Shown here: piece after piece, positions 25,770 through 36,424 of the stretch
How the letters are laid out: every line of letters starts with the position of its first letter
Position numbering within the stretch: position 1 is the stretch's first letter
Assembly: GCA_002269645.1 (NCBI GenBank)
Contig: NIVC01001568.1
Location: 62,001-126,000, forward strand
Reading direction: 5' to 3'
DNA: 64,000 nucleotides
Source of the DNA: Macrostomum lignano
Lineage: Eukaryota
Program-made: the position numbers and the translations under genes
The notes under the pieces: generated by a model
What the model saw: the letters and a program-made list of their open reading frames with translations, nothing else
Database searches by the model: none
What the model was told of the DNA's origin: nothing

Positions 25770-26389
25770 CCCGAATCGCCGCCTTCGAATAATATCTGGA
25801 AAGCGGATTAATCTAGAGACACGATTCTTTCTGCGGGTGATACCGACTGGCACACTCTAATGATGTGTAGAATCCCAAAGCTGAGGCTACTGATACAGCT
25901 TGGCAATTCCTGATTGATTTTCCCGGATTTGCCTATTTGAATGCATTAGAATTTTCCCGAATCGCCGCCTTCGAATATCTGGAAAGCGGATTAATCTAGA
26001 GACACGATTCTTTCTGCGGGTGATACCGACTGGCACACTCTAATGATGTGTAGAATCCCAAAGCTGAGGCTACTGATACAGCTTGGCAATTCCTGATTGA
26101 TTTTCCCGGATTTGCCTATTTGAATGCATTAGAATTTTCCCGAATCGCCGCCTTCGAATATCTGGAAAGCGGATTAATCTAGAGACACGATTCTTTCTGC
26201 GGGTGATACCGACTGGCACACTCTAATGATGTGTAGAATCCCAAAGCTGAGGCTACTGATACAGCTTGGCAATTCCTGATTGATTTTCCCGGATTTGCCT
26301 ATTTGAATGCATTAGAATTTTCCCGAATCGCCGCCTTCGAATATCTGGAAAGCGGATTAATCTAGAGACACGATTCTTTCGGCGGGTGA
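25770..26389. repeat. 183-bp tandem repeat, ~3.4 near-identical copies
   Basis: Unit starts (cccgaatcgccgcc) at 25770, 25956, 26139 and 26322; stops in all six frames. Confidence 0.95.
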
Positions 26390-28388
26390 TATCAAGTGAA
26401 TTAAATTAATTTTGTTAGTTTCGGCCTAGTGAAAGAGGCTGCTAAAATGATTTTTCGGCAATGTGAAATTTCGGCCTAGTGAAACCCCCCATTCTCCCCA
26501 CTTTTTCTATGAACCTAGTATTTTCTTTTATGGACCTACATGTAGTAACTTTATGAATGTATCTAGTAACTTTATTTTTAATGATTCAGTTTAATAGTTT
26601 CTAATGATTTTAATGAGTCTGGCGGCTGTCCAGAAGATCTGACGAAGTACATTATAAAATCTTTAGAAGCCCTTTTGTACTTGTTGACGCGGCAAACAAG
26701 CTAGAATACATTCTCCAGCTGACTGCAGAGTTGCTGTGTTGTCTTCAAGTGATTCCATAATGATTTGATTAGGTTCGGCAACTGCCTAGAAAATCTGACG
26801 AAATACAATATAACATCCTTAGAAGTCATTTTGGCGCCATAGGCACTGTACTCCTTTTGGGCGCAGCAGACACTCGGCAGTGTCGCCACTCATTTTGGCG
26901 CTGCAGGCGCTATGTTTTGTTGCCCTGCAGCAAAATACATTCATGCAAAGCAGTAAAAACAAAAAATAAGAGTAAAAAATATAAACAAAGTCTACATTTT
27001 GCATTTAAAATGTGGAGGGGCCAGATACCATTACTGGCTTCCCACTTCAAAAGTGGGGGGGCATGGCACTACTCTCCTCCCCCAGTTCCTACGCCTATGC
27101 TTCATATAGCTAGATTTGATTTTTTGTACATTTGAGTTAACAATTTACTGTCTCTTCGCATGCCCACAAAGGTTTTTTTGATGTCGGGTTGTAAAATACA
27201 CAAACAATATGGTGAGAATAGTGAATATACTATGAAAATGAAGCATTTATGTAAGTGCTGTTTTACAGTGGCATTGCAATCAATATACATGCGCTCGCGT
27301 TTTTTAGTGTATTGCGTTCGAGAGCAGTAATTTGTCTACTCGTATAGCTAGCTAGCACAAGTAGGAGCGTATACACAACATTTGCAGTATACTTCTACTT
27401 GAAATATAATTTTGCATTACTGAACCTCGTGGGACTCACAAGTTCCTAACTGATACTATAGATGATATCTTTAGAACTCCTTTTCTCTGGGGCCCAAATC
27501 CAAGTTGATAGTTGCCATTCCCATGACATCTGCCCTGCCCCCTGTATCTATCTGCCCTCATAAGTATGAGCACCAAGTGGCAAAATTTATCAAAGCAGAA
27601 GCTTTACAATTCTTTAAGTCAGAGGCAGTCTAGTTGTATGTGCTAGACTGCCTCTGACTTAAAGGGATGCTATGACTATGACTTAGAGACTGTGCTATGT
27701 GCTAGTATTTTATTTTTATCTTATAATAGCTTGTACTAGCCCTGTCGCAGGGAAGAAAGCCTAGGTGGATTGAACAAAGAGGCAGACTGGGGAAGGGGGC
27801 ATTGTAAGAAACTTTATACTAAGGGTATCCCATAGTAATTTTTTTTCCGTTGGGCAGATGTTATCTCTAGCCAAGCTCGCAAGTAAAGCGGAGGAAGAGC
27901 TTTATGATATTTATACTGCTAAAACGAGCACACACAACAAACTGGGGGCTGAGTGGGGGGTTGTGGCCAACTTGCAGGAGGCTTGAGAGGGGGGGGGAGG
28001 AAAGAGAGGAAAAAAACCACACTCGAATACAAGCTTGTAAAAGAAACTAGCTTGGGCATGATTGTACCCAATACGAATGATTTATGTGATAACTCGAATA
28101 TGAATTGAATGCTACAGTGCTTCTCAGTCCCAAATATGAATGGTATGACTGCTCTGGTTCTCAGTCCCGCCCTGATTGAACTAACTTTGAATATTGCTTT
28201 CGTTGATCGTTATCGCTCCCTTCATTCTTTTCACAATGAAAAACAAACGACTGTTTATGCTTTTCTTCGTCTCTTATCTCCTCCCAGGGCATTTCTAGCA
28301 AACACACAGGCTTCCCCTATTTTATCGGTCTCTGATTTTGCTTACCGGCACTCTTTCCAGATTGGAAGCAATAACCTCTAGTCTAGTC

Positions 28389-28891
28389 CAAGGGCCGGCA
28401 AACTTTTACCCTAAGGACCAGGTAAAGAAGGATCCAGCTCTTGGCGGTAAGCCAGATGAGACTGGAAAGGATAAGAAACAGAAAATTAGAGATGAGAGAA
28501 GAGAGGAGATGCGAGAAATAGGACGAGAGAAGAGATATGAGATATGAGGAGAAACGAGACAGAAAAAAGAGGAGAGAGGGGAGGGAGAAGAGAGAGGGGA
28601 GAGAGGATCGAAAAGGAAAAGAAGAGAAGAGAGGAGAAAATAAGGGAAAAGAAGAGAGAAATGAGAAAGAAGGGAAAGAAGAGGAGAGGGGAGAAGGGGG
28701 AGAGAGGGGAAGGGGAGAGAAGAGAAAAATGGAGAGAATATGAGAGAGGAGAGAAGGGAGAGAAGAGAAGGGGGAAAGAGAAAGCGATCTGAGAAAAGAC
28801 AAAACTTGAGCGAGCCGAATTGCTATTGTGAAGTTTCAAAGGACCCGAGGGCCGGATAGAGAGGCCCGCGTACAAAGTTTGCCAACCCCTG
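28389..28891. mobile_element. hAT (Charlie-like) MITE with an internal GA-rich low-complexity tract (~28480-28790)
   Basis: TIRs caagggccggcaaactt / aagtttgccaacccctg; left flank gtctagtc resembles the NTCTAGAN target; the right TSD is absent, apparently displaced by the next element. Confidence 0.55.
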
Positions 28892-29731
28892 CACGGTAAA
28901 AATGATAAAAACGGTGACTTAGATATTTTGTCCAAAGTCTATTTTTCTGTCAGTCAGTAGAAACCAATTCATAGACGCATGGAGCTGTACGACCGCAAAC
29001 AAAAAACAATGTAATAAGAATATTCAAGCGGGCGGATGTGGGTGTTCAGCTGCAGTTTCCACTGACTTGGAATTCAGAATGGAAGGATCGATTTGACAAT
29101 AAAACTGTCATTTGAATGCAGAGACACATCGGACGCTTATGATACAGTGAATTTATTCATCTTAAAAAATGCCAAAAGCCGGGGTTAGATGAACCCCTTC
29201 TACCTTTCCAGTTCTCCCTTACAATTCCTCAATGGGTCTTTGAATCATATATCATTTAGTCCAATCTTTTCGTTGTTCCCTCCAGCCCACAGGGCTTTCT
29301 TTTTCTCTATCTTCTATAACTATAAAAAATCTAAACTGTGTGTGTGTGTCGCTTCAGTTTTATCAATCCTTCAAATTTGACACAAACAATTTTCGGGAGA
29401 AACACCTGTCCGTAAAAGCTTTCCAAAGCTTTCGTTTTTTATTGCTATAGATATTGCCCCTATCAAGCTCCTATCCCTCCCAAAAGACAGCCATGGAAGC
29501 ATTAGCTCATTAGCTAAGCATTTGTACTAATATTTGTCGTATTAATGTATTCAAAGTAAATTAAAAAAGAACGGTTTGATTCTGTTAAAGAGCAGTAAAA
29601 TTCTAATAGCATTAGACAAAGCCAGAGAAGAACTCAGCTACAGTTTGAGTCAGCTGTCATGTATTTACATGTACTCGTGTAGAAATAACGATGAAGCTGA
29701 GTAGCCATAGTTTATTCAGCGAGCTACTCAG

Positions 29732-32012
29732 CTACTCAGCTTCGGCAAGAGGAATGACTAGCCAAGCTCCAGAACTTCGGGGGAACAAGAAACACTTCTT
29801 TTGGGGAACGCCTACAATTACAGATCGCGTCTCAACAAAAATTCCGATTCCTAATCTGGAAGACTCGTATGGATAATCATACAAGTTGGATTTAAAAGTT
29901 AAAACAGCACCACTCACTTTGTGGCCAAGCACACTAGTTATGCGAATGACCTTGCTATCCACAATGCAGCAGTTGTCTGGACTTTTAGCTGAATACCTTA
30001 CAGGGGCAATTTGGTCAGTAGTTAGCAACTCGCGAATACATAGCATTTGATTCAATAAGTGAGCGGAAGCAAAACGCGTTACACGGAGCCGACGCTTAAG
30101 GTGAGACAGATAATTTTCGAATGGAAAAGCTGAAAAATTAGAGACGTTTCCACGTTGCTTGGCAAATGCGGGCAGGTGTAAAAGTACATGGGCATTGTGT
30201 GTTAAAAAACTATCACCGTACAGTTGGTAGGCATCGTAGACGAATAGACGAATGGCGGCTTCAGCCATCTCAAAAAGCTCAGCATCTCGGAGGAGGTCTG
30301 AGCATAGAATATAGCAGGCGAAGTGGAATAATAGAAAATGCCTGTACAGTTCACTCGGCAGAAATTTACGCAAAAAGTAGGGGCCTACGTAGAGCACCCA
30401 AGTGCGGAATTCAGTTGCCTTGAAATGACTCAGTTCCTGGTCAATTCTGCGCGGGCGCCGCTGAAAGTTTGTCGGCGTGAAGGACTGGCGCGCTTCGGTA
30501 TAATCAGACAAGCTTGTGATCGCATCAGGCCGAATTTTGCGACGCCGACCGTCGTCAACGGCGAACAAAAAGTGAAACAGTCGCCTGGCCACGCCAAGGA
30601 ATAGCAGGTGCATCGGCTCAGGTGGGCAAGCTTCAGGCAGCTGGATGCCTGGAAGCAACAGCAAAGGACTCAAATCTTTCCGCTGATTTGACTCCCTGCA
30701 AATAAAAAAATTTAAATGGTCAAAGAAAGATGGTGTTACCTAATGTACCAAGATTATCTACACCAAATCTACCCTTTCTACCGAATCACCTTTCTATTTA
30801 AGCTCCCCAGTCTACTATCTATCATGTCTACCATGCCTTTATAAAGAAGCATAAAAGGAGGACTTACATTTTAGCTCGGTAGAATTCGGCTGTGCGACAT
30901 TCTCCAGCTTGTTTCGGGTAGACAATTCGCCGGTCGACTGTCTTGGCGACCGCCCTACAATAAGGGCATCCATGGTGCGCGGTATGACCCAATGTAGAAG
31001 TAATGAAGGCCCGAGCTGGTGAATCACAGATAAAAGTGACTCGTCGGATGCGGATAAGGACTCCCTCGACTTCGATGAAACCAGCCATGAAGGACTCCAG
31101 CTCCTTGCAGAAATCGGCCAGATATTCATTGAGAGGGGGCTTGCCCAAACCAGCGTACACAGCGACAGGAAGAGGGCGAGAAAAACAAGAAAATTTTGCC
31201 AGAATCGGCCAAGCGGCATAATTGGAGGAGTTGTACATTGGCATGCCATCAATACCAAAATCGGCATCAACCTCGTACCCTTGTCTTCCATCGGAAGTTG
31301 TCGTTGGATTGATCAGAGCCAACATTCCGCTCCGGTGTAAGAAAGCAAGGTTCGAAGCAATTCCGAGATAGGAGAAGTGGCCATTCCCCATGTTGAACTT
31401 CTTTACTGACTCACGGGTCGATTTAGTAAGTCGGTAAAGTGTTTTTGCAACAGGAAGGCCGCGGCTGACCAGCGCATTTAGAAGAAATTGCATGGCTCGG
31501 TTTGAATTGTTAAACGTGAAGAAAAAAACAAGAAGCTCTTCATTCAAAGTATCCATCGTAGGCTTCTGATTTTCCTCCCCTTCATCATCGTCATAATTGG
31601 ACAGCTTCACGGAGTCAGATTCGTTATCCATGTCAGCCGAAACGTCGTCAAACTCTACATGGTCACACGCCATGCCACGTTGCTCCTCGGGCTGAAGTAA
31701 GAGAGGAAAAATGCATGCTTAGGTGAGTAATAGTGGGGTGGGCATGAGTTTTAAAATCTTGACAGCTTGCCAAACAAGACTGTCATCAAAACTGTTTACC
31801 TCAGTCAGCTCTCTTAAAAAGTCATCAGTCGTAGTAGATTTTTCAATGGGAACAGCTGAGAGCGATTCCAAAACAGCCTCTTTAGCAGTAATTGGGTCTG
31901 TAGAGGGGGATGATTCTGGTTCGGGACCTTCGTCCAGTAAGTTTTTATGAAGCCAGTTGCGGAAAAGTCGCGATTTATTCGTATCGCCTTCGGTACGGCG
32001 TCTTTTTGACAT
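29732..32012 (-). CDS. EnSpm-family transposase, apparently intact, 3 exons (~666 aa)
   Basis: Exons 32012-31800, 31691-30868 and 30695-29732 with GT-AG introns restoring the frame; motifs FGIDGMPMYNSS..AWPI, CDSPARAF, PMHLLFLG, FKATEFR, NAHVLLH, SAFPFEN. Confidence 0.85.
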
Positions 32013-32369
32013 CTCTGTGCTTGTTATGAAAATCTTGTTTGAAGTGTATGCACAGTGCATTTGATTGATTTATTTTTAATGAAACTATTATTCATGACAC
32101 CATTATGTTATGCCCGAATATCGAATCAGGGCTCTGTTTTCTCCAACAATCGAACGGCCAGGGAATCGTATTGGCTCGCTGCCGGCCCGGCCCGCAAGGT
32201 AGCGACCATAGAGGCTTCCCTGTCACAGCCAATAGAAATTAAGGCACACGGAAAAAGGAATATTTGAGAAGAGTGCACCCCCACTATAGTTAAATATCTA
32301 GCTCGTAATCCCGTGCTCCTCAGTTATCCACAGATTTTTCTTATCCCTGCAAGCAAGCACTGTCCCAAC

Positions 32370-33300
32370 ATGTTTGAGCCATCCGATTCAAGAATTAGGT
32401 ATATAGTATTTTTCCATTTAGATGGGGAAATAATCGAAGTTCAAGAGAACGAGATCTTGCTCGGAGACTACCAGAGCTATACAGAGGCTGACTGGCGGGC
32501 TATGAGCACACCAGAATTGTTTTCTCAGGTGCCCATAGAAGTGCGTGCTGAGTATCAAGGCGACTGGTTCGATGCTATACTTTTGCAAGTTGTCTTAAGC
32601 CCAGAGACCGACAACACGCCGACGATTCGAGCTCTCCGAAGACTCAGAAGTGAAAAAAGGAAGACGCCGCAGAGCCTGTTAAGGGCAATACGAAGAGTCA
32701 ATATCGGCCGACGCAACGCAATTCGGCCCATCGAAGTAAGTATTTTTTAAACGAGAATCCTAAAAGAAAGTTAGAAACAAACTTCAAAGTGAGGGAGGGG
32801 AATGAGTGAGTAGGTGATTAGTGAAGTAAATGGGTGGATGAGCGACAAAATGAGCGCAGGTGATTGCCGATGGGCGATGAAGAAAAATAATTAGATTTTC
32901 CTATTTTTCTTACAACAGCAGTGGACAACGTCAGAAAGCGAAATCGATGTCACTGATGATGCTCAAGGCCAAGACCGAGGTGGTGTGACTCTAACACCCC
33001 AGTGAGAAGAAGGGCGACCAGTGCTACCCAACAGACAATCTACAGGCCTGCGACCCTCTGCTATGCATGACAGTCCACAGCCGCAGCGGGAGGAGGTCAG
33101 AGTCTTCGCAGCCGAAACAGGAAGACAAAGTCCGATGTCTCAGGAACTGCTGTGTCAACCGCCCTCGGCAGCTTCCACTTTGTCTGCTGATGGAGCTGCA
33201 GATAAATCTATGCAGTCGGACCGGGAGGCGAGCACCATCGTAAAGACAGCAACAGATAACTCGACTGAGCCGCTTGGATTTCACCCAACGCTTTTGCGCA
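32370..33300 (+). pseudogene. Companion gene of EnSpm-2, 3'-truncated
   Basis: Exon 1 (MFEPSDSRIRYIVFF..YTEADW..AILLQV) aligns by eye with the EnSpm-1 companion (FMLFF..WTEEDW..GIVVQV); gtaagt donor ~32735 and a further exon after ~32920. Confidence 0.55.
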
Positions 33301-33303
33301 GCA

Positions 33304-33660
33304 CTATGATTTATATTTTTCCTTTCTTTTTTTAAGATATAATTTAATTGCCAAAAGTATTGATAAGTTTCTGATTAATTCAAAACCTGATATTGAGCCA
33401 ATTGAAATACCTAAAAATAACTGAGATAAATTAAGAGTTGGAATAGATTGTAAAATACCTAAAACGATTACACATAACATTGATAAGCTTCCAAACCCAA
33501 TATTGAAAAAATCCATATTTCTGATATGGTTTGAAACTCTTCGTACTTTTTTAGCATATAAATCATAATCATAGTTAATACGATCAACATTACTTAACAT
33601 GTGACCCTTACGTTGGTTAAAATGGTCACGTTCCCTTTTATCTGCCTCAGACACCGACAT
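33304..33660 (-). pseudogene. Polinton two-transmembrane protein, resembling adintovirus 'gasderminX'-type ORFs; C-terminus cut at the junction
   Basis: Basic N-terminus (YAKKVRRVSN), a hydrophobic hairpin, then basic KKRKEK. Confidence 0.4.
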
Positions 33661-33976
33661 TTTCGTCTATTTTTAATAGCACCAAAATGAATTCCCCGCG
33701 CTCTTTGGGGATTTGTCCTGCGCTCAATAAGTATTGTATTGGAGTTATTCTTTCTTTTTTCTCCCATTTAAATCCAGTCTTCCAAAACTCTTGAAGTATA
33801 ATATAATTTTTTAATAATTTAATTAATTCTTGAAGTTTCTTATTATCCTGAACATTTACATTGCTAAATAAAAATTTGGTATGAGATTTGAATGTTTTTA
33901 TAATCGGTTCTTGTTTAGGAATAGGAATGACAATATTGTTATTTTGTCGCATCGATGGAGTTCTAGTGAAAGCCAT
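33647..33976 (-). CDS. Polinton hypothetical protein, 109 aa
   Basis: ATG preceded by tatataaa; tightly packed between Polinton genes. Confidence 0.5.
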   Translation of the reverse strand: MAFTRTPSMRQNNNIVIPIPKQEPIIKTFKSHTKFLFSNVNVQDNKKLQELIKLLKNYIILQEFWKTGFKWEKKERITPIQYLLSAGQIPKERGEFILVLLKIDENVGV

Positions 33977-33991
33977 TTTATATAGAAATAT

Positions 33992-35862
33992 TTAGGTTAT
34001 TTGTACGGGTGGTTCTTCCAAATAACCAGTAGAAGGAAAAACATAACCAAACGATGTGCTACCACAAACGGCGGCGCCACGAATAAAATGTGCAGCATCC
34101 GCTCCTCCGGTTCGAGCACCAAAACCCATAAGAGTTCCAGATTTATCTAAAGTTCCCCAATTTCCACTATCATATGTGAAAACGTTCTGCCCAATGAGGG
34201 TATAAGAATCGGCTGAAGCATTGTATGAATTTAATCGATACCAAACTCTTTGATTTAAAATATTAATTTCAAATAAATGCCAATCGCCGTTATCAATATT
34301 TGCATAGTCTACCGTTTGATCCGCGGCAGTATTAACATCCGCGCGTGTTGATCCGTCTGATTTTTTAGAACTCTAAAGTAGGCCAAATTTATCATGCCAC
34401 TCACTTGCAAAAACTATCAATACGGCGTCTGTTGTTAAACCTGCCCCACTTTCGGTTGTTGGTCGTTCGTGACAATATGCATAAAACCATACCGCATCTG
34501 CTCCAGTTCCTCCAGCATTGGCAACTCTGAAAAAGAAAGACGCCGATATATTTTGAAAATGTGTGAAATTAAATTGCAATGCCCCACTGACTCCACCAGT
34601 TTCACGAGTAATTCTAGCACCATTTTGATAATCGATATAAGAAGCGTCGCCAGTTAAAGAACCAACTGGATATATATCGCCGGCGGTTGTTGGATTTTGA
34701 TATCCAGTCCAATTGCAAATTACTGTCTCGAATAATGCAGCATCAATTGCGGGAATATTATCCAATTTATTTTTATCACCGGCAGACATTCTACCATTTG
34801 AAGTTGGGGTTGCTACCTGATCTACGTACGCTCGCGGGGTTGCAGAAAGTATTTGATTCGGCCAATTAAGATCTTGAATTTCAACTCGGTGTTCAAACAA
34901 TTGTATTAGGCGAACTTCGATAGGTTGTGTAGCGGTGCCACCAGTTGGGAATAAAACACTAATATTTCCAAAAATTAGTCGTTAAATTAGTTAACGCAAA
35001 TGAAGTTGCTTGAATTGGTGATCCCGACGTTCCTAATACCGTCCATGCGTCGCCAGCAGCATTTTTTGCGCGAACCGACCATCCCGATGGGATATCAATT
35101 GTTGCGCTGCCTGTAATTCTTAATTCATTTATTCTTCGATTATAACCTAAAAATTCAAATTGAATTTCCATATTTGTTGTGGTTCCGGTATTTGGTGACC
35201 ATTGTGTCGCAAGGCTTCCATCTCCAACTCGAAAAGCATCGTTGGTATTTTCAGATGCTGTAAGAACAACATCAGGATTTGAAGTATTTGATGTAAGCGG
35301 CGTGGCAAAAATATCGGCGTCTGTTGCATTAGCTCGCTCATTTACTTGGCCTAGAGTCACCGAGTCTGCGTCCTCTGATCCAAATAATAAATTTGTTAAT
35401 TTAAAATTATTCATATTAATATTACCATTACGACTAGCAACCTGATTATCGACATAGTTCTTATCAACTACCGAGTTATTCGTTGTAATTGCAACATTTA
35501 TAATTCGATTGTTGTCCATATCTAAGGTTCCGGTTGCGGTGGTTTGAACATAACGTGAATCAGAATCAGTTCGAGAATAAGAATCAGTTATATCTCTTTT
35601 TAAATTTAACCCAGTGTCAACCTCTGTTTTTGTATATGAATCACTAATATCTCTTTTAAGATTTAATGGTGTCGATTTCAGTTTTGGTATAGGAATCTGC
35701 AACATTTCTTTTTAAATTTAGTTTAGTATCAATTTCAGTTTTTTTATAACCTTCATCTTCATTAATATATCGGTTATCTCCGAATGTAACACTAATACCA
35801 CTTGATTCTCCACCGCCAGATCGTGTAGTTCCGTTCCATTAGGGTGTTCCAGAAAATAACAT
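33992..35862 (-). pseudogene. Fibre/receptor-binding-like protein: stalk repeats, F5/8C-like domain, L-type (ConA-like) lectin domain; frameshifted
   Basis: Repeats YTKTE(I/V)DTxLNLKRD, LDMDNNRIINV..KNYVD motifs, DGSLATQWS..IQFEF..INELRI, then GADAVWF..IVF and GFGARTGGADAAHFIR. Pieces at 34959-35705, 34373-34900 and 33992-34370. Confidence 0.6.
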
Positions 35863-35889
35863 TTTTACTGCCTATTTTATAGAGTATAA

Positions 35890-36364
35890 AAATCGAACCG
35901 AAGGTCCGTCCGATCGCCCTGTGGGGTCGCATACTTTGTATGATTGTCTTAAATACTTCGGGAGTTACCTGTTTGACCTTTTCGAGCCTATATAAAAAAT
36001 ATAACGCCGCTTGTCCGCAATAACTTTTGTCAAAGGTTTGAAATTGTTCGTGATGATCTCCACATAAACGATTTTTAGTATGATGAAATTTGTCTTTTAT
36101 TTCCTGTAACGGAGAAAGTGCGTATGAATCAAAAAAATAAACAAGTTTGGGTTTTTAATAAACTGCTGACCAATGAGCACCATTTTCTTTTGTCTTTTCC
36201 ATATTAACAATGAAAGATCCATATTGTGGTAAGTCTTTGATTTCATCCCGCATCACACATCTAAATGGTTTTATCTTTAATTGCCTCGCCCAATTTGTTA
36301 ATTCGATATTGCTTGTTGTATCAGTTCCATATCTTTGTTTGAACTCACTCCAGCTCATAGTCAT
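35890..36364 (-). pseudogene. Adenain-type cysteine protease of the Polinton
   Basis: GAHW (His), FFDSY (Asp) and QTFDKSYCG (Gln/Cys) read in one frame through a premature TAA at 36155-36157. Confidence 0.85.
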
Positions 36365-36424
36365 TTTATTTTCCTGAAAAACTCATGGTTTTAGTTTTTT
36401 TCGTAGCTGTGGGTTTTAACAGCC

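Larger units (their letters stand above)
28892..33300 (-). mobile_element. Second CMC/EnSpm-like transposon (EnSpm-2), one end lost
   Basis: Contains the spliced transposase and a divergent companion gene; candidate terminus cacggtaaaaa at 28892; sequence switches abruptly to AT-rich Polinton DNA at ~33305. Confidence 0.65.

Noticed and set aside
25770-26389. CRISPR-like array (also considered for 39350-39573 and 45505-45675)
   Set aside because: Units repeat in full with no unique spacers; eukaryotic context and no cas genes.
28383-28935. Ser/Phe/Leu-rich and Glu/Arg-rich ORFs
   Set aside because: Translations of a GA-rich low-complexity tract.
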